34,186 bases of DNA. Source: Desulfobacterales bacterium (GTDB lineage: Bacteria > Desulfobacterota > Desulfobulbia > Desulfobulbales > BM004). Positions 19,176 to 28,489 of the stretch are shown one piece after another (the first letter of the stretch is position 1; each line of letters opens with the position of its first letter). The translations under genes and the position numbers were made by a program. The notes under the pieces are model-generated. The model had not been told where the DNA came from. It made no database searches and saw only the letters and a list, made by a program, of their open reading frames with translations. The stretch is taken from NCBI GenBank assembly GCA_012974315.1, contig JAAXQI010000033.1:1-34186 (forward strand), read 5' to 3'.

Positions 19176-21137
19176 ATGTATAACAAGTTTTTTGGTTTCA
19201 AAGAAAAACCCTTTAGGCTGGTCCCCAATCCAGAGTATCTATTTCTGAGCAAGAGCCATGAAGAGGCGCTTGCCCATCTCACCTACGCCATTTCCCACGG
19301 CGACGGCTTTGTGGAGATTACCGGAGAAGTTGGAACCGGGAAGACTACTTTATGCAGAGTTTTTCTGGGGAGTCTTGATACGTCCATAGATGCTGCCTAT
19401 ATCTTCAATCCAAAACTCGATGCTCTGCAACTTCTTAAGGCCATCAATGATGAGTTCGGGATTGATTCAAAACCTGACAACACCAAGGATTTAATCGACA
19501 TACTCAATGGATTTTTAATAGAAAAAAAAGCTGCCGGCCAAAAAGTTATGGTCCTCATTGATGAGGCCCAGAACCTTTCCCTGGAGGTTCTGGAGCAGCT
19601 TCGCCTTCTTTCCAACCTCGAAACCACACAGGAAAAACTGCTGCAAATCATTTTAGTGGGCCAGCCTGAACTTGGTGACATGCTGTCATCCCACCAGTTA
19701 AGACAATTAGGGCAGCGCATTACCATCAACTGCCACCTGGACCCCCTGACCTTTCAAGAAGCCAAGGACTATATCAGGCATCGCATCTCCCTGGCTTCCC
19801 ACAGGGCAGGGCCTCCTTTCGATAAAGCCTCCTATCGGGCCATATATGAATACTCAAAGGGCATTCCACGACTGATTAATATTGCCTGCAACAGGGTCCT
19901 GCTGAATGCATTCAGCCGCAACAGCGTTAAGATAACGGGCTCAATTACCAATGAGGCCATAAAGGAGCTGACACGGGAAAAAGCAGAGAATTCTCATGGA
20001 TCGATCCAGGGAAGTATAGGCCTGATCACAACAGTATCAGCTTTTTGTATCACTCTTGCAATCGTAATGCTCTATCTCTATTATGGACATCCTTTTGTAA
20101 TTCCTTTCGCCAATAAAGCGATAGTTTCTTCCAGCGCCACCCAGGAAAACAACCAGGAAGCGATTCCAAAAAATAAAAAAGCTCCTGAACCTCCAGAGCC
20201 TGTTGCTCCCCTGACAGGAGAACCGACCATTCTTCAAAGTGAAACCATAATGCCCAGTTCATCCTCTGAAATTAGAGAGACTGGCATTAATAAAAATACA
20301 ATAGCTCCTGAGGATACAACTGATCAGGAAGGCCAGAGTGAAAAAGAACTGTCTCAACCTCGTGATCTGCCGGAAATAGATAGTACTGGCAAAACTATTG
20401 CAACAGAGCCTGATACTCAGGTTAAGCTGCCAACTGTTAACGAGGATGCCCTAAAATTTCTTAACTCTTTAAAAAGCCTTAACTCCCGTCACAGCCGTAA
20501 TATTTCCATGAAAGAAACCCTGAAACTCTGGTTTCCCGCAAAAAAAATATCCCGACTGAAAAGTAAGATTGAGTCTTCTGACCCGGTTTTCTTTCAGCAA
20601 GCTGCAAATTTTTTCGGCTTACAGGTTCAATCTGTTGCAACGGATTCAGATTTAGCCCTTATCCAAAACCTTAACCTCCCAGCCATTTTCACTTTCTATC
20701 TACCAGGCCACACATGGCCCAAATATCTTGCAGTGCCATATATGAACAAAGAAAAAATATACTTTATTGCAGAAGAGCATGACCAGTTAATCTCAGTTAA
20801 CAGGGATATTTTTCTGCAATACTGGTCAGGAGAGGCCTATATTCCATGGAAAAATTATAACAAATTAAAAGGTGTAATTACAGAACGCTCCGACGGAAAT
20901 GATATAAAATCTTTAAAAAAACTTTTACGGCAACTGGGCTATGACCACGTTTTGTTAACTGAAAGTTATGACAAGGAAACCATAAAAATCATTAAAGACA
21001 TTCAAGAAAAATATGGCTTACATGTTGACGGACAGGTTGGCCCATTTACTAAAATTGCCCTGTATAATGAAAGCCGCGAATTTATAAAACCTTCACTTGG
21101 CAAATTTGAAACAGCCAGAACGGAGAATGACAGTTGA
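19176..21137 (+). CDS. exeA: ExeA/GspA-family AAA ATPase with TM segment and C-terminal peptidoglycan-binding domain
   Basis: FFGFKEKPF, Walker A GEVGTGKTT, Walker B IDEAQNL, LVGQPEL, GIPRLIN; C-terminal LRQLGY...QEKYGLHVDGQVGPFT. Confidence 0.9.
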   Translation: MYNKFFGFKEKPFRLVPNPEYLFLSKSHEEALAHLTYAISHGDGFVEITGEVGTGKTTLCRVFLGSLDTSIDAAYIFNPKLDALQLLKAINDEFGIDSKPDNTKDLIDILNGFLIEKKAAGQKVMVLIDEAQNLSLEVLEQLRLLSNLETTQEKLLQIILVGQPELGDMLSSHQLRQLGQRITINCHLDPLTFQEAKDYIRHRISLASHRAGPPFDKASYRAIYEYSKGIPRLINIACNRVLLNAFSRNSVKITGSITNEAIKELTREKAENSHGSIQGSIGLITTVSAFCITLAIVMLYLYYGHPFVIPFANKAIVSSSATQENNQEAIPKNKKAPEPPEPVAPLTGEPTILQSETIMPSSSSEIRETGINKNTIAPEDTTDQEGQSEKELSQPRDLPEIDSTGKTIATEPDTQVKLPTVNEDALKFLNSLKSLNSRHSRNISMKETLKLWFPAKKISRLKSKIESSDPVFFQQAANFFGLQVQSVATDSDLALIQNLNLPAIFTFYLPGHTWPKYLAVPYMNKEKIYFIAEEHDQLISVNRDIFLQYWSGEAYIPWKNYNKLKGVITERSDGNDIKSLKKLLRQLGYDHVLLTESYDKETIKIIKDIQEKYGLHVDGQVGPFTKIALYNESREFIKPSLGKFETARTENDS

Positions 21138-21913
21138 GCTCAATACTTCGCGCCCTGAAAAAACTTGAGAATGAGCCAAGGCACCTGGGGGGATCCCAGC
21201 ATCTGGACAGCAAATTTGTGCCGTCAGCAGATATTGGCAAGCAACGTACAGTTTCCACTATCTTCATCATGGTGGTCGGAGGCAGTATTGTTTACGGTCT
21301 TGTCATCTTGGCAGGCTGGTGGCTCTTTTCTGAAAAATTCCAATCTCAGACTATCGTACCCCCAAAAATTTCCCAACTGGATTCCAGGCTGGACGAAAGT
21401 CCAACCCCATCACAAAATTTAAATAATGCACCGATTCGGGCAGTTGCAGAGGAAAAATCCAAAGAGACGCCGGAAACTCAGAAAACAGTTGAGCAGGTCA
21501 GGGAACCTGAACCGGCCAGTTTGGAAAAGCCGGACTCCCAGATAATCGGCCAAGAGAATGCTTTACCTGCTGAAGAACAAACACCTGAAAAAACTGTCCC
21601 GGTCCAGGAAATTTCAAACCTAAAAACAAATGAACAATTCACCCAGCCTGCTGAAAAAACTGTTGCCCCTTCAGGCAGCACCCCGGTAACCCCGGTAAAA
21701 ACAATAACGGTTGAAATTCCCAAACTCAACGATCCGGATATGAAGCTGCAGGCAATTACATGGTCGAGGGTTCCTCAAAAAAGGATCGCAGTAATAAATA
21801 GCCGAATTCTGCGAGAGGGGGAGATGGTTTCCGGCTATCTTATTAACACAATTAACCAGGATGACATTGTGCTAAGCCAGGAAGGGGCAAAATGGAAACT
21901 TTTGTTCCGTTAA
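21134..21913 (+). CDS. gspB: General secretion pathway protein GspB/ExeB
   Basis: N-terminal MSSILRALKKLE, one TM helix, Pro/Glu-rich linker, C-terminal LQAITWS...IAVIN.RILREGE domain; start overlaps the exeA stop. Confidence 0.8.
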   Translation: MSSILRALKKLENEPRHLGGSQHLDSKFVPSADIGKQRTVSTIFIMVVGGSIVYGLVILAGWWLFSEKFQSQTIVPPKISQLDSRLDESPTPSQNLNNAPIRAVAEEKSKETPETQKTVEQVREPEPASLEKPDSQIIGQENALPAEEQTPEKTVPVQEISNLKTNEQFTQPAEKTVAPSGSTPVTPVKTITVEIPKLNDPDMKLQAITWSRVPQKRIAVINSRILREGEMVSGYLINTINQDDIVLSQEGAKWKLLFR

Positions 21914-21941
21914 TGGGGTTTATGTGCAGAGGAGAAACATT

Positions 21942-23036
21942 ATGAAAAAACATTTTGTATTATTGTTTGTGTTTGTTTTCTGTCTCACCAGTCGCAATGT
22001 CGTTGGGGAAACAACGGAGAATTTCCCCCCGGCATCCATCCCAGCCCTTGTTTCAGCCGTCAGAATTGAGGGGCCTGTTAATTTTTGTGGCGAGCAGGTG
22101 CCACTTGATTCAATTGAAGTCCGCGAAAGACTTGAAAAAGAGTTGCTTCTCATTCTCTGGAACAGACCGCAGATCATTCTCTGGCTGAAACGCGCCACAC
22201 GCTATTTCCCCTTCATTGAGAGAACCCTTGCCCAACATAATATGCCCGATGATCTCAAATATATTGCTGTGGTAGAAAGCGCTCTGCTCCCCCATGCAGG
22301 TTCCTCCAAAAAAGCCATAGGTTACTGGCAGTTCATAAAATCCACAGGGCTCCATTATGGCCTTACCATTGACCCAAATATTGATGAACGCCGCAACTTT
22401 TTTGCCTCCACAAAGGCCGCAGTAAGCTATTTGAAAGAACTGCATGACCTTTTCGGCTCCTGGACTTTGGCTGCTGCCGCTTATAACGTTGGTGAAGACC
22501 GGGTTCGGGATGAAAAAACGAACCAGAAGGTTGATAATTATTACGATTTTTATCTCCCTTTAGAAACCCAGCGTTATATTTTTAAAATTGTGGCCGCCAA
22601 ACTTATATTTTCAAATCCGTCCCGCTATGGATTTAACCTCCAAGCCGATGATTATTATCCGCCAATATCTTTTGACCGTGTAAAACTTACCCTTCCAGGC
22701 AGAACACCTTTATTCCTTGTAGCTCAGGCCTCCGGAACACATTTCAAGCAGATCAAAGACCTCAACCCTGAAATACGGGGATATGATTTACAGAAGGGCA
22801 GCCACATCATAGCAGTACCAGAAGGCACAGGGAAAAAATTTCATTCACATTTTGCCGGTCTTACTGAAAAATGGAGACAGGAAAACAAAATGAATATATA
22901 CATTGTAAAAAAGGGCGATAGCCTTACTCGTATTGCTGAACGTTTTGACGTTACCCTGCCTGCCCTGACGACCTGGAATGATCTAAGCCAAAGCAGTTAC
23001 ATCCATCCAGGTGAAAAACTTGTTATCTACCAATAA
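21942..23036 (+). CDS. MltD-like lytic transglycosylase with C-terminal LysM domain
   Basis: SLT motifs VVES, GYWQF, AAAAYNVG, ETQRYI; LysM YIVKKGDSLTRIAERF; ATG 21942 follows a GAGGAG RBS. Confidence 0.92.
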   Translation: MKKHFVLLFVFVFCLTSRNVVGETTENFPPASIPALVSAVRIEGPVNFCGEQVPLDSIEVRERLEKELLLILWNRPQIILWLKRATRYFPFIERTLAQHNMPDDLKYIAVVESALLPHAGSSKKAIGYWQFIKSTGLHYGLTIDPNIDERRNFFASTKAAVSYLKELHDLFGSWTLAAAAYNVGEDRVRDEKTNQKVDNYYDFYLPLETQRYIFKIVAAKLIFSNPSRYGFNLQADDYYPPISFDRVKLTLPGRTPLFLVAQASGTHFKQIKDLNPEIRGYDLQKGSHIIAVPEGTGKKFHSHFAGLTEKWRQENKMNIYIVKKGDSLTRIAERFDVTLPALTTWNDLSQSSYIHPGEKLVIYQ

Positions 23037-23046
23037 TTAATCAATT

Positions 23047-23559
23047 ATGAAGAAAAAATTTATCTTTTCAGGCGCGAGCGTTCTACTTCTTGCAGCATTT
23101 TTCTTTTTTATGCCAAAAGGCGTCGAGAAAGGGCAATGTTTAGAAGGTGATTGTATAAACGGCCCCGGCACGCTAGTCTTCAAAGATGGTCGAAAGTATA
23201 CCGGCAGCTTTACCAATGGCAGTTATAATGGCCAAGGGGTTTTGCTCTTGCCTGATGACAGAAAATATGAAGGAGAATGGAAAAACGACCTGCCAAATGG
23301 GTTTGGCACCCAGACCAACCCTGATGGCACTAACTATACCGGCGAATGGAAAGATGGCAAATATGATGGGCAGGGGACACTGACTACTGCTGATGGCGGT
23401 TCATACATAGGCACCTGGGAAAATGACCTACCCCATGGAAAAGGAACGCTGACCAAGCCTGACGGCAAAATATTTACCGGAGCATTCAGAAAGGGCAAAG
23501 CAGTGGGAGAAGGAGAGCTGATCACTCCTGACGGCAAAGAGACAAAAGTTTCTTTATGA
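23047..23559 (+). CDS. Membrane-anchored/exported MORN-repeat protein
   Basis: N-terminal hydrophobic segment, CLEGDCING, then about five Y.GEWK.G..G.G.L...DG repeats. Confidence 0.9.
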   Translation: MKKKFIFSGASVLLLAAFFFFMPKGVEKGQCLEGDCINGPGTLVFKDGRKYTGSFTNGSYNGQGVLLLPDDRKYEGEWKNDLPNGFGTQTNPDGTNYTGEWKDGKYDGQGTLTTADGGSYIGTWENDLPHGKGTLTKPDGKIFTGAFRKGKAVGEGELITPDGKETKVSL

Positions 23560-23638
23560 TCTGCAGGTATCATCTTCCTGAAAATTTGACTGTTTTAAAC
23601 GTTGAGATCGGCATAATAATCTTTTATGGTGATAGTTT

Positions 23639-24817
23639 ATGAGTAAACAGACGCTCAAAGTACGGACACCACAATTTCCGCTCTATTCTGAAGTCCGCCA
23701 TCTGCTGCAGGTATTTGAAGGTGTCTCCCAGTCATCTATCAAGGCAATGCTCAAATCTATTGAAGAGCAGACCGGCACTCCCAGACAACCCGTAGACTGG
23801 ACTAATCCCAAATCGTGGATCCAAAAAAGATTAGCCGGTGAATCTGCTTTGCTGGCCCAACGTATCTGGCAGGAAAGCAACAATGAAGTCAACCCACGCC
23901 ACATATACGGTTCATATCTTTTTATCAATAACAACGGATTGCTGAGCGATAATGTTTTCGGAGTTTACCAAACTACACCCCGCGGTCAGGCATTTCTTGC
24001 CAATGACCCAAAACTCCTTGCGGAAATTGATGACCAGGAAGGTCTCCCCCATCTCTTGAGAATTCTTGCCGGAAAAACCAGTGCCAGACGACGGGACCTC
24101 TTGCCTGAATGGAGTGATTTCCTGAGAGAACATTCCCATTTTGGAACCCAGGCCACCATCAGAGACACATTGCGCCGCAGACTGAATAATCTTGTTGAAA
24201 GGGGCTATGTTTCCAGAGAAGGGGTAACATATCTCATCACCAAAAAAGGTTTGGATTATGCCGAGCAGTTCTCCCAGGCCGATCTTGACCAGAAGAGAGA
24301 TATTATAAGGACAATAAAGAGCTTTAACCAGGAGCAGATGAACAAATTGAGCAGCCTGCTTGCCTTTATGCAGCAGAGAGATTTTGAGTTTCTCGTACTG
24401 GAACTGCTCGAATCAATGGGCTATGAAGATATAAAAATTACCAAAGAAGGCGGCAGCAAGGGTGTTGAAGTCACAGCTTCTATTCAGTTCGGCATCAGCA
24501 CTGTTTCTGAAGTCATACATGTCAAGCGCTATCAGACTTCTACAGGCAGGCCTGCCTTAGACCAGCTTCGGGAAGCTATTTCCCGCCATGAGTGTTTCCG
24601 CGGCACTTTAATTACCCTGGGCCGCTTTACCCGGGAATGCAAAGAAGCCGCACTTATTGCCGAAGGGCTGCAGATGAAACTCATTGACGGGAAACATCTC
24701 CTGATGCTGCTCAGTGAAAATAGTATTGGCGTCACCCGGCAGGCAGTTACCCTCTATCATATTGACGATGAATATTTTTCCTCATCAAAAGACACTTCTG
24801 CAGCGCCTGAAAACTGA
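23639..24817 (+). CDS. Mrr-family (type IV) restriction endonuclease-like protein with N-terminal winged-helix domains; catalytic motif degenerate
   Basis: DFEFLVLELLESMGY, GVEV, VIHVKRY, GTLITLGRFT, KLIDG; two wHTH-like ends (YQTTPRG, YLITKKG). Confidence 0.85.
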   Translation: MSKQTLKVRTPQFPLYSEVRHLLQVFEGVSQSSIKAMLKSIEEQTGTPRQPVDWTNPKSWIQKRLAGESALLAQRIWQESNNEVNPRHIYGSYLFINNNGLLSDNVFGVYQTTPRGQAFLANDPKLLAEIDDQEGLPHLLRILAGKTSARRRDLLPEWSDFLREHSHFGTQATIRDTLRRRLNNLVERGYVSREGVTYLITKKGLDYAEQFSQADLDQKRDIIRTIKSFNQEQMNKLSSLLAFMQQRDFEFLVLELLESMGYEDIKITKEGGSKGVEVTASIQFGISTVSEVIHVKRYQTSTGRPALDQLREAISRHECFRGTLITLGRFTRECKEAALIAEGLQMKLIDGKHLLMLLSENSIGVTRQAVTLYHIDDEYFSSSKDTSAAPEN

Positions 24818-24844
24818 CATCTGCCAATAAACTGTTGCTTGTAT

Positions 24845-25153
24845 TCAGAGTTTTTTAAGAACTTTTTCAAGCTCCAGGGGATTATCCACCTGATATATTC
24901 TCACTTTCCTGCTCCGTGGAAACTCATATTTAATTAATAATCTAAGGTGTCTGGGCAGCAACGACTTTTCAACAACCTGCTCTGCATCACGATAGCCGCG
25001 CTCCCGCACCAGGATTTTACCATCGTCGAGCAATAACACAGCGATAGAGCGATTGCGTTTATAGGAGAGCAACTCAATGGACTGGGGCGGGTGCAGTTTT
25101 TCAAGTTTCTGTAAAAGGTTGCTTAAAACGGAATCAATATTTACCAGGGCCAT
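24845..25153 (-). CDS. Hypothetical protein
   Basis: 102-aa ORF co-oriented with serA and 29 nt downstream of it; motifs SYKRNR, ERGY, EFPRSRKVR; no function recognised. Confidence 0.7.
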   Translation of the reverse strand: MALVNIDSVLSNLLQKLEKLHPPQSIELLSYKRNRSIAVLLLDDGKILVRERGYRDAEQVVEKSLLPRHLRLLIKYEFPRSRKVRIYQVDNPLELEKVLKKL

Positions 25154-25182
25154 TGGCGTTTAAAGGCTCACAGATTCAGAAA

Positions 25183-26367
25183 CTAATTATGGCAGGACAT
25201 AATTCTGGTCCGAATTACATCCGGGTGCGCTTCGATTTGTGCGATGACATCGAGTGGTATAGGGGATTCAACATCAATAATATTATATCCAATGAAGCCG
25301 TTGCTTTCATTTAAATAACTCGCAATATTTATCCCGTTTGATCCAATGATATTGGAGGCAAAGCCAATCATGCCGGGGATGTCCCGGTTAATCATGATAA
25401 GTCTGGCATGGCAGCTTCCGGAAGGAATCGATTCAACGGTAGGGAAGTTAACTGAGCGGCTTATGGTGCCATATTCCAGGTAGTCTTTTATTTCTGAGAC
25501 CGCCAGGCAGGCACAGTTTTCCTCACTTTCCTCTGTACTGGCACCAAGATGAGGCGATGTCAGCACCCTTGGATGGGCCAGGTTCAAATGGTTGGGAAAA
25601 TCCGTGATATAACCATCCAGCTTTCCTGCATCAAGGGCAGCAAGAACTGCCGCATCTTCCACAATCTCTCCTCTGGAAAAATTAATCAGTGTAGCTCCTG
25701 GCTGCATCTGGGCTATGAACTCACGGTTTACCAAGCCATGGGTCTTTTTGTTGAGTGGCACATGTATGGAAACAATTTCAGCTTGCTGCAGCACTGAACC
25801 AAGATTTCTGGAGAGTTTAACGTCATAGGATAAGGTATGGATATTTTCAAGAGCTGGAGACGGGTCAAAAGCAACCACCTGCATCTGCCTCTGCACCCCA
25901 CCATTTGCAACCATCGCCCCTATTTTCCCCACTCCAACAACACCCAGATTCTTGCCTGCCAGCTCCACGCCCCTAAAGGTTGCTTTACGGGACTCTACAG
26001 CCTGGCTAATTGCTGCGTCATCCAAGCCTGCAAGTTCCTTACAGAATTCTACCCCCTGGTGTATATGGCGCATTTCAACACCCAGCATCGCAAACAACAA
26101 TTCTGCTACGGCATTGGCATTAGCACCCGGAGTGTTAAAAATACAGATTCCCTGCTTTGTAGCTTTATCCACAGTAATATTATTTACTCCGGCCCCGGCT
26201 CTTGCCACTGCCAAAAGCTCAGGATAGTCATCTATGTCAAGCTGATCACTGCGTACCACAATACCATGGGGATTGGCTACATCCGGGCCAACCTGATAAT
26301 TAGGCCCGAAGAGTGCCAGTCCTTCCGGGGCTATACGATTAATGGTTTTAATACGGTAGAGTTCCAT
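25183..26367 (-). CDS. serA: D-3-phosphoglycerate dehydrogenase with C-terminal ACT domain
   Basis: ARAGAGVNNI, NTPGANANAVAE, GVGKIG, HVPL, NFSRGEIV, PHLGASTEESEENCA; ACT segment NRDIPGMIG. Confidence 0.9.
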   Translation of the reverse strand: MELYRIKTINRIAPEGLALFGPNYQVGPDVANPHGIVVRSDQLDIDDYPELLAVARAGAGVNNITVDKATKQGICIFNTPGANANAVAELLFAMLGVEMRHIHQGVEFCKELAGLDDAAISQAVESRKATFRGVELAGKNLGVVGVGKIGAMVANGGVQRQMQVVAFDPSPALENIHTLSYDVKLSRNLGSVLQQAEIVSIHVPLNKKTHGLVNREFIAQMQPGATLINFSRGEIVEDAAVLAALDAGKLDGYITDFPNHLNLAHPRVLTSPHLGASTEESEENCACLAVSEIKDYLEYGTISRSVNFPTVESIPSGSCHARLIMINRDIPGMIGFASNIIGSNGINIASYLNESNGFIGYNIIDVESPIPLDVIAQIEAHPDVIRTRIMSCHN

Positions 26368-26656
26368 ACTTATTGGGATTACCTGGATTAGAGCCTGTTG
26401 TCAAGTGCTACCAGCAAAAAGAGCGCTTCCTTGTAATTATGAACAGTATTTTCAAAATCTGTTACAAACGGAAACGGTGTACCATCTTATTGGCTACCCA
26501 ATATACAGAAAACCCTGAAAAACCACTACTTGTCCAGATTAAATCGCGGGACCTCGCCAGAAAGAAGTTGTCAAGTTTTGTAGCTTTGGGCTACCTTTAT
26601 TCCAGATTATGAGACTGGGTTTCTGAATCATTGGCAGCTCTTGCGGAGGAAATGAT

Positions 26657-27656
26657 ATGATCATCGGTGTACCTAAGGAAATAAAAGACAAAGAGTTCCG
26701 GATTGCCATTATACCAGCAGGAGTTCAAAATCTTGTTGATTCAGGCAATACGGTTATCATTGAATCTGGAGCCGGGCTTGGAAGCTCCATACTCGATGAA
26801 GAGTTCGCAGGTGCAGGTGCCAGGATTGTAAAGGATGCAGCAACTGTATTCAATGAAGCGAAAATGATTATGAAGGTCAAGGAGCCTTTACTGCAGGAAT
26901 ATGGGTATATGCGTGAAGGCTTGATCCTTTTTACCTATCTGCACCTCGCACCACTGCCGGAACTGACCCAGGTCCTGCTGGACAAGCAGGTATCGGCAAT
27001 TGCCTATGAGACTGTGAGGCAGAATGATGGCTACCTGCCCCTTCTTGCCCCAATGAGTGCAGTAGCTGGCCGCATGTCTATCCAGGTAGGGGCGCATTTC
27101 CTTGAAAAGGAAGCTGGCGGCAGGGGAGTGCTGCTAGGCGGGGTTGACGACCTGCCTGGCTGAATTTAAAAACTTTTTTCAAGGGAAAATATACACCCGC
27201 ATCGCGAACAAAGAAAATATTGAAGAAGAAATCAGCCGGGCAGATCTGGTTATCGGGGCTGTTCTTGTTCCTGGTGCAACCGCACCGAAGTTAATTACAA
27301 GGGAGATGCTTTCACTTATGCAAAAAGGGGCGGTAATTGTTGATGTAGCAATTGACCAGGGAGGCTGCGTTGAAACCGCAAGACCGACCACTCACTCTGA
27401 CCCTGTTTATGAAGTTGATGGAATAATACATTACTGTGTGACTAACATGCCCGGGGCAGTACCAAGAACATCAACCTTTGCCCTGACAAATGTAACGCTG
27501 CCATATGCGCTTGATATAGCCAATAACGGGCTTCACGGGGCAATTCAGAAAGACCCGGCCCTTAAAAAAGGCATTAATACCTATGGGGGAAAGCTTACAA
27601 ACAGGGAAGTTGCGGTAGCGCAGGGAAAGGAATTTACAGACATAGATGAACTGTAA
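26657..27656 (+). pseudogene. ald: Alanine dehydrogenase, split by an internal deletion and frameshift
   Basis: 5' part (IIGVPKEIK...LFTYLHLA...GVLLGGVD) and 3' part ([13 protein letters not shown]...DVAIDQGGC...[11 protein letters not shown]) are in different frames, joined near 27144-27150. The Rossmann GGGxxG segment is absent. Confidence 0.88.
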
Positions 27657-27659
27657 GAA

Positions 27660-27909
27660 GTTGGGAGTTAGCAGTCGGCAGTCGAAGTCAAAGTTTATAC
27701 CCCTCCAGGGGGTATTAAAAAGAGTGCCCTGAAAGGGTACTTATCCGAAGTCGGAGTTTATGCCCTGCAAGGGTGCTTATCCGAAGTCTCCACTACGTTG
27801 CGCTTATCCGAAGTCTCCACTGCGTTGCGCTTATCCGAAGTCTCCACTGCGTTGCGCTTATCTGGTAGATTGAAAAATGTTTTTGCTGAATGCTGCCAAC
27901 TGATAGCTA
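27660..27909. repeat. Composite intergenic repeat: heptamer-like flanks, three CCC-N-GGG palindromes and a 27-bp tandem repeat
   Basis: CTTATCCGAAGTCTCCACT(A/G)CGTTGCG x3 at 27776-27856 plus a partial copy; another CTTATCCGAAGTC at 27740; hairpins at 27698-27714, 27724-27740 and 27761-27775. Confidence 0.9.
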
Positions 27910-27914
27910 TTTTT

Positions 27915-28406
27915 TTACCAGCCCCAGAGAAGACTGCGCTTTACCCAGCCGGTCAAACCATCCTCATGCCTTACCTTGACCCAACCGTCTCCCCGTTTCA
28001 GGGTCTGGAACACAACTCCATATTCAGCCTTACCGACAACTTTATATTTTGTTCCTGGGCCGCTGCGGATATTTATGCGGGCTTTACTGTTTTTATTTAT
28101 TTTAACAATGAGATGAGGTTTTTTAGAAACCAAATCCTTGTAAATCCAGCCAATATCACCTTCAAAATCCGACACCTGAATCCAGTTGTCTTTATAGCTG
28201 CGAATCCTTAGCGGAAAGCCTTTACCCAACTCCCATATAATAGGGTACTGGGTTGAGGGCCCTTTGCGCAGATTCACCTTTTCTCCTGCCACACTGACCA
28301 TGACAAAACCTGCCGCCCCGGAACAAACAGGCCATAACAACATAAGCAGGATCAGTGCAAGCCATCCAGCCCTCTTCAAAGTCCCGTGTCTTTTGTCAGC
28401 ACCCAT
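27915..28406 (-). CDS. Exported tandem bacterial SH3-domain protein
   Basis: Signal peptide, then two VNLRKGP / INIRSGP...W.KV....G..GW repeats, ending LLWGW. Confidence 0.9.
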   Translation of the reverse strand: MGADKRHGTLKRAGWLALILLMLLWPVCSGAAGFVMVSVAGEKVNLRKGPSTQYPIIWELGKGFPLRIRSYKDNWIQVSDFEGDIGWIYKDLVSKKPHLIVKINKNSKARINIRSGPGTKYKVVGKAEYGVVFQTLKRGDGWVKVRHEDGLTGWVKRSLLWGW

Positions 28407-28489
28407 TATATTCTGATATAATTAAATTCGTTGTTTGTTGTTTCAAGCGCATCATATTTTATGAAAAATATAGACACCTGTTGATCATA

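Noticed and set aside
26368-26404. Leaderless serA promoter (TTGACA-17-TAATCC, 8 nt before the ATG)
   Set aside because: The -10 box is too poor to support from sequence alone.
27161-27163. Selenocysteine or stop read-through at the TGA ending the first ald fragment
   Set aside because: The rest of Ald is in another frame, a TAA follows two codons later, and about 35 codons are physically missing.
27740-27862. CRISPR array
   Set aside because: The constant part is only 13 bp, the intervening sequences are 14-23 nt and nearly identical to each other, and there are no cas genes or leader.
27798-28211. 137-aa plus-strand ORF starting MRLSEVSTALRLSEVSTAL
   Set aside because: It is the translation of the 27-bp tandem repeat running antisense into the SH3 gene; no RBS.
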